DNA from: Trueperaceae bacterium
GTDB taxonomy: Bacteria; Deinococcota; Deinococci; Deinococcales; Trueperaceae
Direction: 5' to 3'
Length of the DNA stretch: 64,000 nt
NCBI GenBank assembly: GCA_965214405.1
Contig: OZ243956.1
Coordinates: forward strand, 224,001-288,000
Both the position numbers and the translations under genes were made by a program. The notes beneath the pieces are model-generated. The model worked only from the letters and a program-made list of their open reading frames with translations, made no database searches and was not told the origin of the DNA. Positions 1 through 10,271 of the stretch are shown piece by piece; position 1 is the first letter of the stretch, and each line of letters begins with the position of its first letter.

Positions 1-16
1 CCTTATCAAGGGGGGG

Positions 17-469
17 ATGCGTCGGTTCTTTCTCCTGGTTTCTTTGCTACTCGTCAGCTTGGCGAGCCTGGCTATGGCGCAGGACGTGCAGCTCGAGAGC
101 CGCGTGTTCGACATCGCCAAGCAACTCCGCTGCCCCACCTGCGTGTCGTCGTCGGTGGCGGATTCGAACGCGCCGATTAGCCTGGAGATGCGCAACATTA
201 TCCAGGAAAAGCTCAACGCGGGCGAGAGCGAGGGGGAAATCCTCACCTACTTTCAGGGCACGCACGGCGACTGGATTTTGATGAACCCGCCGCGGCGTGG
301 CATCTACCTGCTGGTGTGGGGGCTGCCCGTGCTCGCGGGGGTGGCGGCGCTGGGGCTGCTTTTTATGTTTGTGAGGCGCTGGACGCGCAGCGCGAGTGCG
401 CCCGTGGAGGACGTGAGCGGGGCTGAACTCGAGCGCGTCCGTACCCTCGTGGGTGGCGAAGGGCGCTGA
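17..469 (+). CDS. ccmH: Cytochrome c-type biogenesis protein CcmH
   Basis: Signal peptide, LRCPTC motif, C-terminal TM helix (LLVWGLPVLAG). Confidence 0.9.
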   Translation: MRRFFLLVSLLLVSLASLAMAQDVQLESRVFDIAKQLRCPTCVSSSVADSNAPISLEMRNIIQEKLNAGESEGEILTYFQGTHGDWILMNPPRRGIYLLVWGLPVLAGVAALGLLFMFVRRWTRSASAPVEDVSGAELERVRTLVGGEGR

Positions 470-2100
470 TGCTGAGCACCATCTTCATCGTTGTCATTGC
501 GCTCTTTTTGTTTGGTTACGTGGCGGTGCCGCTTCTGTGGCCCGGCCAGGCCGACCCGCTGCCCAACTTCCGTGACCCCGTCACGCAGGATTTGGAGGAG
601 GAGCGCGACGCGCTCTTTCGGGCCATCCGCGAACTCGACGTCCGTGAAGACCTACCCGAAGCGAGACGCGCCGAACTCCGCGCCCGTTACGAGGCCAAGG
701 CCGCCAAGGTGTTGCGCGCGCTTGACGAGCGGGAGGCGGCGCTGGCGGGGCGACCCGTTACGACCCCGGCCCCGGCTCGAGCCCGCCGCGCGCCCTTTGC
801 CGCGCTCTCGCTGCTGGGGCTCATGGGCGCGAGCGCGCTCCTGCTGGGCGGTTACGTCTTGCCCCGCGTGGGTCAAGAGGCCACCGTCACCACCGCCGAC
901 GCCACGCAGCTCGCCGCCGCGCGTTCTTTGCAAGCGCTCCAGCGCGCCGCCGACCGCGACCCCTCGGCGGACAACCTCATGGCGCTCGCCAACGCCTACT
1001 GGAATGCCAACGAGGCCGACGGGGCCAAGGCGACGTACGAGCGCGTCACCAACGAGATTACGCCCGCGCCCGCGCTGGCTTACCGTCGCCTCGGATTCTT
1101 GGCGCTGCAAGACGACTTGAACGTCGCGCTTTCGTATCTTCAAAAGGCCAAAGACGCCGACCCGAACGACCTCGACACGCTCTTCGCGCTGGGTGAGGTC
1201 TACTTTGCGCTCGACCGGATTGACGAGGCCGTGGGGTCGTGGAACGCTTTTTTGGCCGCGCCCGGCGGCGCGGGGGACGAAGAGGTGCTGGCGCGGCTCG
1301 AGAACGCGCAGACCGTCGCCCCCCTCGTCGCCGCGGTCAACCAGGACCCGAGCGAGACCAACCTCGTGGCGCTAGGCGACTTCTACTGGTCGCGCGAGGA
1401 CCGCGACCGCGCCGCCAACGCCTACTTCCGCGTATTGACCGAGGCGAACCCAGAGAACCCCGTGGCGCTCTCCCGCGTCGGCCAGATTCTCTTTTTTAGC
1501 GGCCGCACCGACGACGCGGTCGCCGTGCTGGAGCGCGCCCGCGAGGCCGACGATAGGGACCTTCAGACCCTTCTCTTTTTGGGCAACGGCTACTTTACCT
1601 TAGGCAATTATGAAGGGGCCATCAGCGCGTGGGAGCGCTACGTCGCGGTGGCGGGCGGTCCGGCGGCGGCGGGGCGCGTTCCGAGTCTTATTGAGGACGC
1701 CAAGGCGCGGCTCGCGGGCGGCGCGACGGGTGGCTCGAGCGTAGGCGAGGCTCCCGTGACAACACCTGGTATGACTTCAAACACACCTTCTGACGTAGCA
1801 CCCAACACAGCACCCAGTACAGCACCTGGCGAAACGCTGATGGCCGTGTCGGGCGAAGGCGTGTACGCGGCGCGTTGCGCGAGCTGTCACGGGGCGGCGG
1901 GCGGCGGGGGCGCGGGTCCCCGGATTGCGGAGAACGCTCGAGCCGCCGACGCGGACTACGTCGCGCGCGTGGTGAAAAACGGTCGCGGCATGATGCCCGC
2001 CTTTGGCAACGTCCTGAGCGACGCCGAAGTAGAAGCTGTGGTGCGGTACACGATTGGGCTCTCGCGGGGAGGGCAGGTTTCGCAAGCAGGTCAGCCGTGA
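469..2100 (+). CDS. CcmI/CycH-like TPR protein fused to a C-terminal cytochrome c domain
   Basis: N-terminal TM plus CcmI-like helix, multiple TPR-like repeats, T/P-rich linker, CASCH haem motif and GMMPAF distal Met. Confidence 0.8.
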   Translation: MLSTIFIVVIALFLFGYVAVPLLWPGQADPLPNFRDPVTQDLEEERDALFRAIRELDVREDLPEARRAELRARYEAKAAKVLRALDEREAALAGRPVTTPAPARARRAPFAALSLLGLMGASALLLGGYVLPRVGQEATVTTADATQLAAARSLQALQRAADRDPSADNLMALANAYWNANEADGAKATYERVTNEITPAPALAYRRLGFLALQDDLNVALSYLQKAKDADPNDLDTLFALGEVYFALDRIDEAVGSWNAFLAAPGGAGDEEVLARLENAQTVAPLVAAVNQDPSETNLVALGDFYWSREDRDRAANAYFRVLTEANPENPVALSRVGQILFFSGRTDDAVAVLERAREADDRDLQTLLFLGNGYFTLGNYEGAISAWERYVAVAGGPAAAGRVPSLIEDAKARLAGGATGGSSVGEAPVTTPGMTSNTPSDVAPNTAPSTAPGETLMAVSGEGVYAARCASCHGAAGGGGAGPRIAENARAADADYVARVVKNGRGMMPAFGNVLSDAEVEAVVRYTIGLSRGGQVSQAGQP

Positions 2101-2146
2101 ATGGCGAGGACACCCGATCCCGAAGCCGTCAGTGGAGCAGCCTCTG

Positions 2147-2710
2147 ATGGCGCTCGAGCCCTCCAGCAGGCCCGACCGCCGCACCATTCTCTCCTGGCTC
2201 TGGCGGCTTCCGGTCATCGCCGCTTTTGGAACTGGGATTGCGGGTTTTCTCTACGCCTACCGCGTCCACTTTGGCAAAGAAACGCCCGCGGCGGAGCCCA
2301 CGTTTGCACCCGCCACGCCCCAGGCCGTCGCGCCGCTCGCTACTCTCTCGAGTCCCTGGGACGCCGCCGAGTTCACGCTTGCGGGTCTGCCCGCCATCGC
2401 GCTCCACGTGCCCGAGCCCATCCCCGGCGGTCTAACGGTCGACGGCGCTCACTACGCCGCCTTTTCGCGCGTCTGCACCCACTTGGGCTGCACCGTCGCC
2501 CTAAACCGCGACCCCGACGCGGTCGCGTTTGCGTTTAACTATCGGCCTCCAGAACCCGCCCTGGTCTGCCAGTGTCACCTGAGCATCTTTTTACCAGAAC
2601 AAAGCGGCAAGGCGGTGAGCGGCCCCGCGGTGGAGCCGCTGCCGAGAATCAGGCTTGAGAACCGCGAAGGAACCCTTTACGCTGTGGGCACCGAGACACG
2701 CGGGGGCTAA
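2147..2710 (+). CDS. Rieske 2Fe-2S protein
   Basis: CTHLGC...CQCH ligands, SGPA..PLP, twin-Arg-like leader (DRRTIL); start uncertain. Confidence 0.85.
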   Translation: MALEPSSRPDRRTILSWLWRLPVIAAFGTGIAGFLYAYRVHFGKETPAAEPTFAPATPQAVAPLATLSSPWDAAEFTLAGLPAIALHVPEPIPGGLTVDGAHYAAFSRVCTHLGCTVALNRDPDAVAFAFNYRPPEPALVCQCHLSIFLPEQSGKAVSGPAVEPLPRIRLENREGTLYAVGTETRGG

Positions 2711-2813
2711 TAGCCTTACCAATCCCCTACCTCTCACTAACGTAAAGAACAAGCTGCGTTTCTAAAAGTTGGAGGAGACCTCTCAACAGACACGTCTCGA
2801 GCCCCATAAAAAA

Positions 2814-2835
2814 CCCCGCTCACCACCGAGCGGGG
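2814..2835 (-). terminator. Intrinsic terminator of the desaturase gene
   Basis: CCCCGCTC/GAGCGGGG stem with adjacent A-run (U-tract on minus strand). Confidence 0.7.
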
Positions 2836-2863
2836 CGTAGCAGACCCTGTTTTACTTACAGCA

Positions 2864-3964
2864 CTACAGGTTGCCTTCTTCGTCCGGCGCGTCCGGCCAC
2901 TCCGGGTTCTCGACGAACACGGTCGGGTCGATCTCGTCGAAGCCGATTTCCTTTTCGTAGCGGCCAATCTTGCCGTGCAAGCGCCGCACGTCGCCCTCGA
3001 CCAGACCGTAGTCGAACGAGTCCCAGATGGCGGTGAGCTGCGCGTCACCCTCATAGGTAGGAACCAAGCGCGTGTTCTTGATACCCGCCTCGAGCGCCTT
3101 GCGGTTTTCGATGCCTAAGTTTTTGAACACCACCTGCACCACGTCGCGTGCGTACTGGCGCGGTCCGTAGATGCCCGCCTTGTAGACCGCCTCGTTAAAG
3201 GTGTCCCAGTCGGGGACGATTAAAGACGCGGGCATGGCGAAGTGCTCGAGCACGTCCTTTATCGCCTCCAGGGTCCGCTGCGGGTAATAGTAGAGGAACA
3301 GCCGCACGCCCTCCAAAAAGAAGTTGTAGTGCGCCGCCTCGTCGACTGCGATGGTGGTAGCGACTTTGGCAAGAACCGGGTCGGCGTCGCCCATGTGATG
3401 TTCTTTGTCGGACTGGCCTCGGGCGATCTTGGCCAAGTTGAGGTAATTGAGCTGTGTGGCGCGCTCCTGGAACACGGTGTAGATGAGGTTTCTTAAGGCG
3501 TCACCTTCCCAGAGGCTGCGGTGCGTGTTCGCGCGGAGGTCGTGCTTGTACGCTTCTAAAAATTCAGGGCTGCGTTGGCGCGAGAACAGCACCGCGTTTT
3601 CCCAGGTGTCGGCGTGCTTTTCTTCTTCCGAGCCCCAGCGGAGCTGAAAGTGGCTGCGCCCGTGGCTCCGGCGCACCAAGTTCAAAATCTCGTCTACATA
3701 GTCGGGCGTGTAGTATTCAACCGCAAAAAAACCCTGCAACACCCGGATGAGCGGGTCGGAAAAGTCCTGACGCAGCTTGCGCCAATCGAACGACTTGTCC
3801 GGGTTCCAGTTGCGCGTTTCTTGACTGCGGGCGGTGTACCAGCGGTACAGGCCCAGGAAGCCGCGCTCGATCAGGCGGTCTTTCTCCTCGTTGCTCAAGA
3901 GGGCGGCGGGGGTGCGCGGACGGTCGTCCGCAGTGAGGTACAGGGGAGGCGCAAGTGTATCCAT
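2864..3964 (-). CDS. Acyl-ACP desaturase (ferritin-like diiron, DesA family)
   Basis: Two ExxH diiron motifs (EEEKH, DEAAH), QERAT motif, FAMP. Confidence 0.8.
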   Translation of the reverse strand: MDTLAPPLYLTADDRPRTPAALLSNEEKDRLIERGFLGLYRWYTARSQETRNWNPDKSFDWRKLRQDFSDPLIRVLQGFFAVEYYTPDYVDEILNLVRRSHGRSHFQLRWGSEEEKHADTWENAVLFSRQRSPEFLEAYKHDLRANTHRSLWEGDALRNLIYTVFQERATQLNYLNLAKIARGQSDKEHHMGDADPVLAKVATTIAVDEAAHYNFFLEGVRLFLYYYPQRTLEAIKDVLEHFAMPASLIVPDWDTFNEAVYKAGIYGPRQYARDVVQVVFKNLGIENRKALEAGIKNTRLVPTYEGDAQLTAIWDSFDYGLVEGDVRRLHGKIGRYEKEIGFDEIDPTVFVENPEWPDAPDEEGNL

Positions 3965-4167
3965 AAATCTCCTTTTGGGGGGCAGGGGGTACGCGAAAGG
4001 GGCAACACGCAGAACCCAGGCAGGTCACAAGTGAAGCGGTGCGGTCGGGCGGAGCGATAACGTAGTATAACAAAGTCAAGAGGTTCGGGAAGCGCAACCT
4101 TTGACACCCAATCTTTGACATCTCTGGCTCTTTTTGCGCGTGTTTACAATCCTGTTATGTTACCTTT

Positions 4168-5259
4168 TTAACGGTATCGCCTTGTAACCCGGCTTCCCAA
4201 ACGCGTGAGAAGTTCGTAAGAGATGGTGTCGCCGCGCCGCGCCACCCTTTCCGCGTCGAGCGCGCCCGGACCGAACAGCGTGACGCGGTCGCCGGGTCTC
4301 ACCGCAAGCCCCCCCACATCGACCATCATCTGGTCCATACAGATGCGCCCGACCACGGCTCGCTCCCGCCCCTCGACCAGCACCTTCGCCCGGCCACTCG
4401 AGCCCCGCGGATACCCGTCGGCGTAGCCCATACGCACGGTGGCGACGCTTGTGTCTTTGGGCGCGGTCCACTGCGCGCCGTAGGAGACAGTCTCACCCGC
4501 GCGCACCTTTTTCACGAAGGTCACGGGCGCGGTGAGGGTCATGACGGGTTTCAGGTTGGGCTCTAAAGCCACCGTCACGTCGCTCGAGTGGTAGCCGTAC
4601 AGCGCGATGCCGGGGCGCACCATGTCGAAATGCGCGTTTTTGTAAGCGAGCAGCGCCGGGGAGTTGGCGGCGTGGGTGAGGGGAACCCTAAGCTCGTCTT
4701 TTTCCAAGGCGGTGAGAAAGCAGTGGAAGTTGGCAAGCTGGCCCTCTGTGAAACCCCCCTCCGCCCCGTCCGCGCAGGCGAAGTGGGTCCAGACGCCCTC
4801 GAGCACCACCCCGCTCGCACCTTCAGCTTTTTTGGCGACCTCTACCGCCTCACGCCAAGGCAGCCCCAGACGGCCCATTCCAGTATCCACTTTTAGGTGA
4901 ACTCTGGCCTCCACACCCGCCGCTCGCGCAGCCCGTTGTACCGCCTCGAGCGACCCCTCATCTACCACAGTCAAGGCAACGTCGTGGTCTAGCAAGTTCT
5001 CGAGCCCCTCGTAAACCGGGCTGAAGATGAGGATGCGCCCCTCCAGCCCCGCCGCGCGCAGCTCGAGCGCCTCATTAGGCGTCGCCACGCCAAACCAGCC
5101 CACGCCGACTCTTTCCAAATGCCGGGCGACCTGGGGCGCGCCGTGTCCATAAGCGTCCGCCTTGACCGCCGCGAGCATCTGGGTGGGAGGCTCGAGGTGA
5201 CGCTTTAAGAGAGTGACGTTGTGCTCCAAGGCACCCAAATCAACCGTGGCCGTAGGCAT
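4168..5259 (-). CDS. alr: Alanine racemase
   Basis: AAVKADAYGHG PLP-lysine motif, HLKVDTGMGRLG, GRICMDQ. Confidence 0.97.
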   Translation of the reverse strand: MPTATVDLGALEHNVTLLKRHLEPPTQMLAAVKADAYGHGAPQVARHLERVGVGWFGVATPNEALELRAAGLEGRILIFSPVYEGLENLLDHDVALTVVDEGSLEAVQRAARAAGVEARVHLKVDTGMGRLGLPWREAVEVAKKAEGASGVVLEGVWTHFACADGAEGGFTEGQLANFHCFLTALEKDELRVPLTHAANSPALLAYKNAHFDMVRPGIALYGYHSSDVTVALEPNLKPVMTLTAPVTFVKKVRAGETVSYGAQWTAPKDTSVATVRMGYADGYPRGSSGRAKVLVEGRERAVVGRICMDQMMVDVGGLAVRPGDRVTLFGPGALDAERVARRGDTISYELLTRLGSRVTRRYR

Positions 5260-5268
5260 CCGCCGAGT

Positions 5269-6183
5269 TTAGTTTCCGAACGCGGCTTGCAGCGCGGGCG
5301 CGGCGGGTTCGCCGCCCGCGGTGGTGACGCCTTCCGTCCAGCCCATCACCACATCCATGTGCTCGGCAATCCAGTCTCGCGCGACCGTTTCGGGGTCCTC
5401 GCCCTGGCGGCTGTAGAGGTCGACCCAGCCGTTTTGAATCTCCGGCGTGACGGCGAACTGCTCGAAAAATGTTGTCAAGTTCGGGTTCGCCTCCGCAAAC
5501 GCCGTGTTGAGCGCCGTTGCCACGTAACCGTCGCCGCCCCAGACGTTCTCCGGGTCGTCCAGATAGGTAAGGTCGTAAACCGCGTTCATCCAGTGCGGGC
5601 TCCAGGCCAAAAAGACGATGGGCTCTTCCCTATCTACCGCCCGCTCGACCGCCGCGAGCATCCCCTCGGTGGAACTTTCAACGAGTTCAAAATCTTGTAA
5701 GCCGTAGGTGTCGTTATCAATCATATCCAAGATGATGGTGTTGCCGTCGTTACCGGGCTCAATGCCGTAAATCTTGCCGTCAAACTCGCCCGCGTTCGCC
5801 GCCAAGTCGGCGAGCGAGGTGACGCCCGTTTCGGCCACAAAGGTAGGCACGGCGGGGCGGTAGACGGTGGGCTCTAAGTTACGCGCCGCCAGCGTGACGG
5901 AGCCGTCCCCAGTGTCAGCGAGGTAAGGCTCAACCATCGCGTCCATGCTGGGCCGCCAGACGCCTAAAAACACGTCCAGGTCGCCCTCGGACAAGCCCTT
6001 CAAGACGATGGGCACGCTTAGCGACTGCGTCTGCGTGTCGTAGCCGAGCGTCTCCAACACGGCGGCGGCGACCTGCGTTTTGACCGTGACGCCGGGCCAC
6101 TCGACGTAGCCGAAGCGGACGGTCTGCGCCGCCGCGAGGGGCAGCAAGAGGATAAGGATAAGCATTGACAAAAGGCGTTTCAT
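5269..6183 (-). CDS. Glycine betaine/choline ABC transporter substrate-binding protein
   Basis: Signal peptide, IYGIEPGN, WSPHWMN motifs of the OpuAC/ProX family. Confidence 0.9.
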   Translation of the reverse strand: MKRLLSMLILILLLPLAAAQTVRFGYVEWPGVTVKTQVAAAVLETLGYDTQTQSLSVPIVLKGLSEGDLDVFLGVWRPSMDAMVEPYLADTGDGSVTLAARNLEPTVYRPAVPTFVAETGVTSLADLAANAGEFDGKIYGIEPGNDGNTIILDMIDNDTYGLQDFELVESSTEGMLAAVERAVDREEPIVFLAWSPHWMNAVYDLTYLDDPENVWGGDGYVATALNTAFAEANPNLTTFFEQFAVTPEIQNGWVDLYSRQGEDPETVARDWIAEHMDVVMGWTEGVTTAGGEPAAPALQAAFGN

Positions 6184-6394
6184 CTTTTCTCCCTTGAATT
6201 CGTGCTAGCGGGGAAGGTCGTGGGCGGTGCGAAACCGCTCCCACACGCAGTGCCCGCAAGTCAATCCTGCGATTTCGGAGCTTGGTAACAGCCTGGCAAG
6301 CCTACCACGCGGCTCCACGCGATATAGTTCTGTGTGCTGGTCTCGCCTGATCTCAGAATGCCGCCTCGCCCACAAGCGTCTCCAAGGAGCGCAT

Positions 6395-7456
6395 TTGAAT
6401 AAGATCGTCCTCAGCCACGTGTCGAAACTTTTCGGCCCGCGCCCTCAGAAGGGCTTAGAGCGCCTTTCTCAAGGCGCAACCAAAAGTGAGGTGCAGCGCG
6501 AACTCGGCGGAGTGGTGGGCGTCTACGACGCGTCGCTTTCCGTCGAAGCGGGCGAAACATTCGTGCTGATGGGGCTCTCGGGCAGCGGCAAGTCAACCCT
6601 GCTGCGCCTCGTGAACCGGCTGCTCAACCCCACCGCCGGGCGCGTTGAGGTGGACGGCGTGGACCTAACACGTTTGAGCGGGCGCAAGCTGCGCGAGTTC
6701 CGGCGCGAGCACTTCGGCGGGATGGTCTTCCAGCACTTCGCGCTCCTGCCTCACCGGACGGTCTTAAACAATGTCGCCTTCGGCTTGGAGCTTCAGGGCG
6801 TGCTCAAAAAGGAGCGGCTGGTTAAGGCGGGCGAGATGATCGAGCGCGTGGGGCTAGGCGGCTTTGAAAACAGCCGCCCCGACACGCTCTCCGGCGGGAT
6901 GCAGCAGCGCGTGGGGCTAGCGCGCTCGCTCGCGCTGGGGGCCGACATCCTGCTCATGGACGAGCCCTTTAGCGCGCTGGACCCGCTTATCCGGCGTGAG
7001 TTACAAGACGAACTCTTGACCCTTCAGCGGCAGGTCGGCAAAACGCTCCTGTTCGTGACCCACGACCTCAACGAGGCGCTTAGGCTGGGGGACCGCATCG
7101 CCATCATGAAAGACGGGCGGGTGGTGCAGGTCGGGACGGGCCAAGAAATCATCGCGCGGCCCGCGGACGCGTACGTGAGCGCCTTTACCGAGGGCGTGGA
7201 CCGGCTGCGCGCGCTGCTGGCCTATACGCTCATGCAACCCGCGAGCCGCTTGGAGACGACGCTCGAGGTCGGCGTCTACACCCCCCTAAGCGAGGTGGTC
7301 GCCGTCGCCGCGAAAGAAGACGCGCCCGTGGCGGTCAAGGACGCGCAGGGCGATACGGTGGGCGTCATCACCAGGGACGCGCTGCTGGCGGCCTTGGCGG
7401 GCGTTTCTTCGGGAGATGCTAAAGAAGCTGCGAAGTTTATGAAGGGAGAACGCTAG
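6395..7456 (+). CDS. Glycine betaine/proline ABC transporter ATP-binding protein (ProV/OpuAA)
   Basis: GLSGSGKS, LSGGMQQRVGLAR, DEPFSALDPLIR; TTG start after AAGGAG. Confidence 0.92.
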   Translation: MNKIVLSHVSKLFGPRPQKGLERLSQGATKSEVQRELGGVVGVYDASLSVEAGETFVLMGLSGSGKSTLLRLVNRLLNPTAGRVEVDGVDLTRLSGRKLREFRREHFGGMVFQHFALLPHRTVLNNVAFGLELQGVLKKERLVKAGEMIERVGLGGFENSRPDTLSGGMQQRVGLARSLALGADILLMDEPFSALDPLIRRELQDELLTLQRQVGKTLLFVTHDLNEALRLGDRIAIMKDGRVVQVGTGQEIIARPADAYVSAFTEGVDRLRALLAYTLMQPASRLETTLEVGVYTPLSEVVAVAAKEDAPVAVKDAQGDTVGVITRDALLAALAGVSSGDAKEAAKFMKGER

Positions 7457-8310
7457 TGTGGGAGCTTCTTAGCACCTGGTGGCAACGCGGTGTGCCCCTG
7501 GGTGATGTGGTTGAGCGCGGCGTGGACGGACTTTCCGCAGCCTTTCCGGGCGTTTTCGACGCCTTTAACGCGGGCGTGCTGTGGCTGGTCGAGGGGGTGG
7601 TGTGGGGGCTGGGGCGTCCCCACGCGCTCATCATTATCGGCCTCCTTACCGCGCTCGCCTTTTGGCTACGCGGCACGCGCACTGCGCTCTTTACGCTCCT
7701 GGGGCTCCTACTCACGCTCAACATGGGGATGTGGGAGGCCTTTGTCGATACCCTCGCGCTCGTCGGGGTGGCGGAGGCGTTCGTGTTGCTCCTCGGCCTG
7801 CCGCTGGGCGTCCTCGCCGGGACAAGCCGCGTGGCGGAGCGCCTAACCGAGCCGCTGCTCGACTTTATGCAGACGATGCCCGCCTTTGTTTACCTCATCC
7901 CCGCGGTGGTGTTTTTCTCCCTTGGCGTGGTGCCGGGGGTGGTGGCGACGGTGATCTTCGCGCTCCCGCCGCTCGTTCGGCTCACCAGCTTGGGCTTGCG
8001 CGGGGTGCCCGAAGACCTCATGGAGGCGTCCGAGGCCTTTGGCGCGACTCCCACGCAGCGGCTTTTCAAGGTCCAGCTTCCCAGCGCCTTGCCAAGCATT
8101 TTGGCGGGTGTGAACCAGTCCATCATGCTGGGACTGTCGATGGTCGTGATTGCCGCGCTCGTCGGGGCGGGCGGTCTGGGTGCGGAGGTCTTACGCGGGG
8201 TAAACACGCTGAACGTTTCTTTGGGTTTTGAAGCAGGTCTCGCCATCGTCATCATGGCGATTATCCTGGACCGCCTCACGCAGGGGCTCGGGGGGCGCAA
8301 GCGAGAGTGA
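7456..8310 (+). CDS. Glycine betaine/proline ABC transporter permease (ProW/OpuAB)
   Basis: LDFMQTMPAFVYLIP, EAFG loop, GVNQSIML. Confidence 0.92.
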   Translation: MWELLSTWWQRGVPLGDVVERGVDGLSAAFPGVFDAFNAGVLWLVEGVVWGLGRPHALIIIGLLTALAFWLRGTRTALFTLLGLLLTLNMGMWEAFVDTLALVGVAEAFVLLLGLPLGVLAGTSRVAERLTEPLLDFMQTMPAFVYLIPAVVFFSLGVVPGVVATVIFALPPLVRLTSLGLRGVPEDLMEASEAFGATPTQRLFKVQLPSALPSILAGVNQSIMLGLSMVVIAALVGAGGLGAEVLRGVNTLNVSLGFEAGLAIVIMAIILDRLTQGLGGRKRE

Positions 8311-9149
8311 GCGGGACAAAAGGGGGCATATCTACGGGACGCGCAAGCAAAGACGCGAGAAGCGGGCAGGGTCTTTGGTCGTTTGCTACGCTCCTCAGCC
8401 TATTGGCAACGATTGTATTGTGGATACCGCTCGAGCAGTGGCTCCTAGGCGGCATCTCCGCAGCCGTCTTTGCAGCGTCCCTTCTAAAGGAATCCCCATC
8501 CCGCAGACTGCGCTACCTGGCGCTGGCTTCTGCCGTCGTCGTCCTCACCATCGCGCCCATCAACACGCGCACCGACAACCGACACTCCCTGACGATGGCG
8601 CTTTTTTTTCTCGCGGCACTTGTTTTTCCCACGCTCATCTTGTGGCGACAAAAAATCATCACCTTCAAACTTTTTCCAGACAAACTCGACTGGGTGGACG
8701 TTCTTTACACCTTCTTGTCCGTCCCGCTCGCCTGGGGCGGTTTTCGGCTCTACTTCGGCGTGCTGAGCCCGGAGGTGCCCTTTAATTGGACGCTGCCGCC
8801 CGCGCCCGACACCGAAGAGCTTTTGCGGCTTTTTCTGGGCATCAACGCGGTAGGGATTTGGGACGAACTCTTCTTCGTCAACATCGGCTACGCCGTCCTG
8901 CGCACCCTTTTTCCGGCTCGCATCGCCAACCCCGCGCAGGCGGTTCTTTACACCGCGGTGCTTTACGACATGGCCTTTACGGGTTGGGGGCCGCTGTTCG
9001 TTTACACGCTCGCGCTGACGCAGGGGGCGATGTACGAGCGTTCAAAGGTGCTTTTGTACGTGCTCGTGGTCCACCTCATCGTGGATTATTTTCTTTTTCA
9101 GGAGATCGTTTCGGCGTATTATCCGGGACTTTCGGTGTGGTGGCATTAG
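8307..9149 (+). CDS. CPBP (CAAX-like) intramembrane metalloprotease family protein
   Basis: Polytopic membrane protein with WDELFF and late VHLIVD motifs. Confidence 0.65.
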   Translation: MSGTKGGISTGRASKDARSGQGLWSFATLLSLLATIVLWIPLEQWLLGGISAAVFAASLLKESPSRRLRYLALASAVVVLTIAPINTRTDNRHSLTMALFFLAALVFPTLILWRQKIITFKLFPDKLDWVDVLYTFLSVPLAWGGFRLYFGVLSPEVPFNWTLPPAPDTEELLRLFLGINAVGIWDELFFVNIGYAVLRTLFPARIANPAQAVLYTAVLYDMAFTGWGPLFVYTLALTQGAMYERSKVLLYVLVVHLIVDYFLFQEIVSAYYPGLSVWWH

Positions 9150-9399
9150 GAAAATAAAAGGCAGTAACACACCTCAAGCGCCCAATCTACATCCTGAAAA
9201 TAGTATAATAGATGAACGGTAGCAAAAGAGGGTACGGCAAAAAGCGGTGATGGGCTTTTCAAGGTCGGATGACTAGGGTACGCCCGCACCTCGGCTCCTC
9301 ACAGCGACCTCACGAAATGCGGTAATTTCGCGTAATTTTAAGGGTGTCATACCGCACTCTGCGGTATAATGACAACTAGACTACGCAGGAGTTGTGAAG

Positions 9400-9801
9400 A
9401 TGACCGAAAGAGAAGAGGCTAGACTCCAAGCAGTTCCAGATGGGCTGATTCGTCGTGGGCAGATTTACTGGGTTGCGCCTGATGAGTCTCATGGCTCTGT
9501 TCCGCCCATCAGTCATCCGCACGTGATCGTTCAGGATGACCTCTTCAACGCCTCAAGAATTAGCACTGTGGTGGTGTGCGGTATTACTTCAAACTTAAAG
9601 CGTGCTTCCGAACCTGGAACAGTTCTTCTCGAGTCAGGGGAGGGCGGCCTCGAGCGGCAGAGCGTCGTACTCGCGTCACAGATTTCCTCCGTGTGCAAGT
9701 CTCACCTTGGTGAATGTACCGGTACGCTTTCGGAGCAGCGGGTTGAGCAAATCCTGTCAAGTTTGCGGTTTCTGCAGCGTGCGTTCATTCGGGGCCGCTA
9801 G
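9400..9801 (+). CDS. MazF/PemK family toxin (no adjacent antitoxin seen)
   Basis: IRRGQIYWV...HPHVIVQDDLFN...VVVCGITS...SQISSV. Confidence 0.85.
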   Translation: MTEREEARLQAVPDGLIRRGQIYWVAPDESHGSVPPISHPHVIVQDDLFNASRISTVVVCGITSNLKRASEPGTVLLESGEGGLERQSVVLASQISSVCKSHLGECTGTLSEQRVEQILSSLRFLQRAFIRGR

Positions 9802-9883
9802 CTGGGCGCGGCTCAACGCAGGTGTCATACGGCTTAGATTGCTCGACTCAGGCGCATCGCAATTCAACTCGAGGTGTTGTCCA

Positions 9884-10255
9884 ATGGCAAAGCAAGAAAG
9901 AGATGAGAGACGCGAGCACCGCATCGTCATGGAGGCCATCGTAGATGCCTACGGTCCCGAAGAGCAGGCGATGGGATGGTACTACTACCTCCAAGACAAG
10001 ATGACTTTCCCCTTCAAGGCACGTTGCATTCAAGCGCGTTCGATTTCGCCACTGCGCGAAGGAGAAGAGGTCACAGTGGCTAGCATGGCACCGGAAGATG
10101 ATTGTATGCGTGAGATGTTCGTTCTGGTCAACTGGCAGGGGCGTTCGCTGGGCCTTCCGCTGGCACAGCTTGAGGGGGTAAGCGTAGACGAGGAGACAGC
10201 GGAAGCCATCGGTGACTGGTATTACTGGATGAATCAAGGATACGAGCTTGGTTGA
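9884..10255 (+). CDS. CcbP-like calcium-binding family protein
   Basis: IVDAYGPEEQAMGWYYYL..FPF and PLAQLE...IGDWYYW motifs. Confidence 0.75.
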   Translation: MAKQERDERREHRIVMEAIVDAYGPEEQAMGWYYYLQDKMTFPFKARCIQARSISPLREGEEVTVASMAPEDDCMREMFVLVNWQGRSLGLPLAQLEGVSVDEETAEAIGDWYYWMNQGYELG

Positions 10256-10271
10256 CAAGCGAGAAAGGGCC

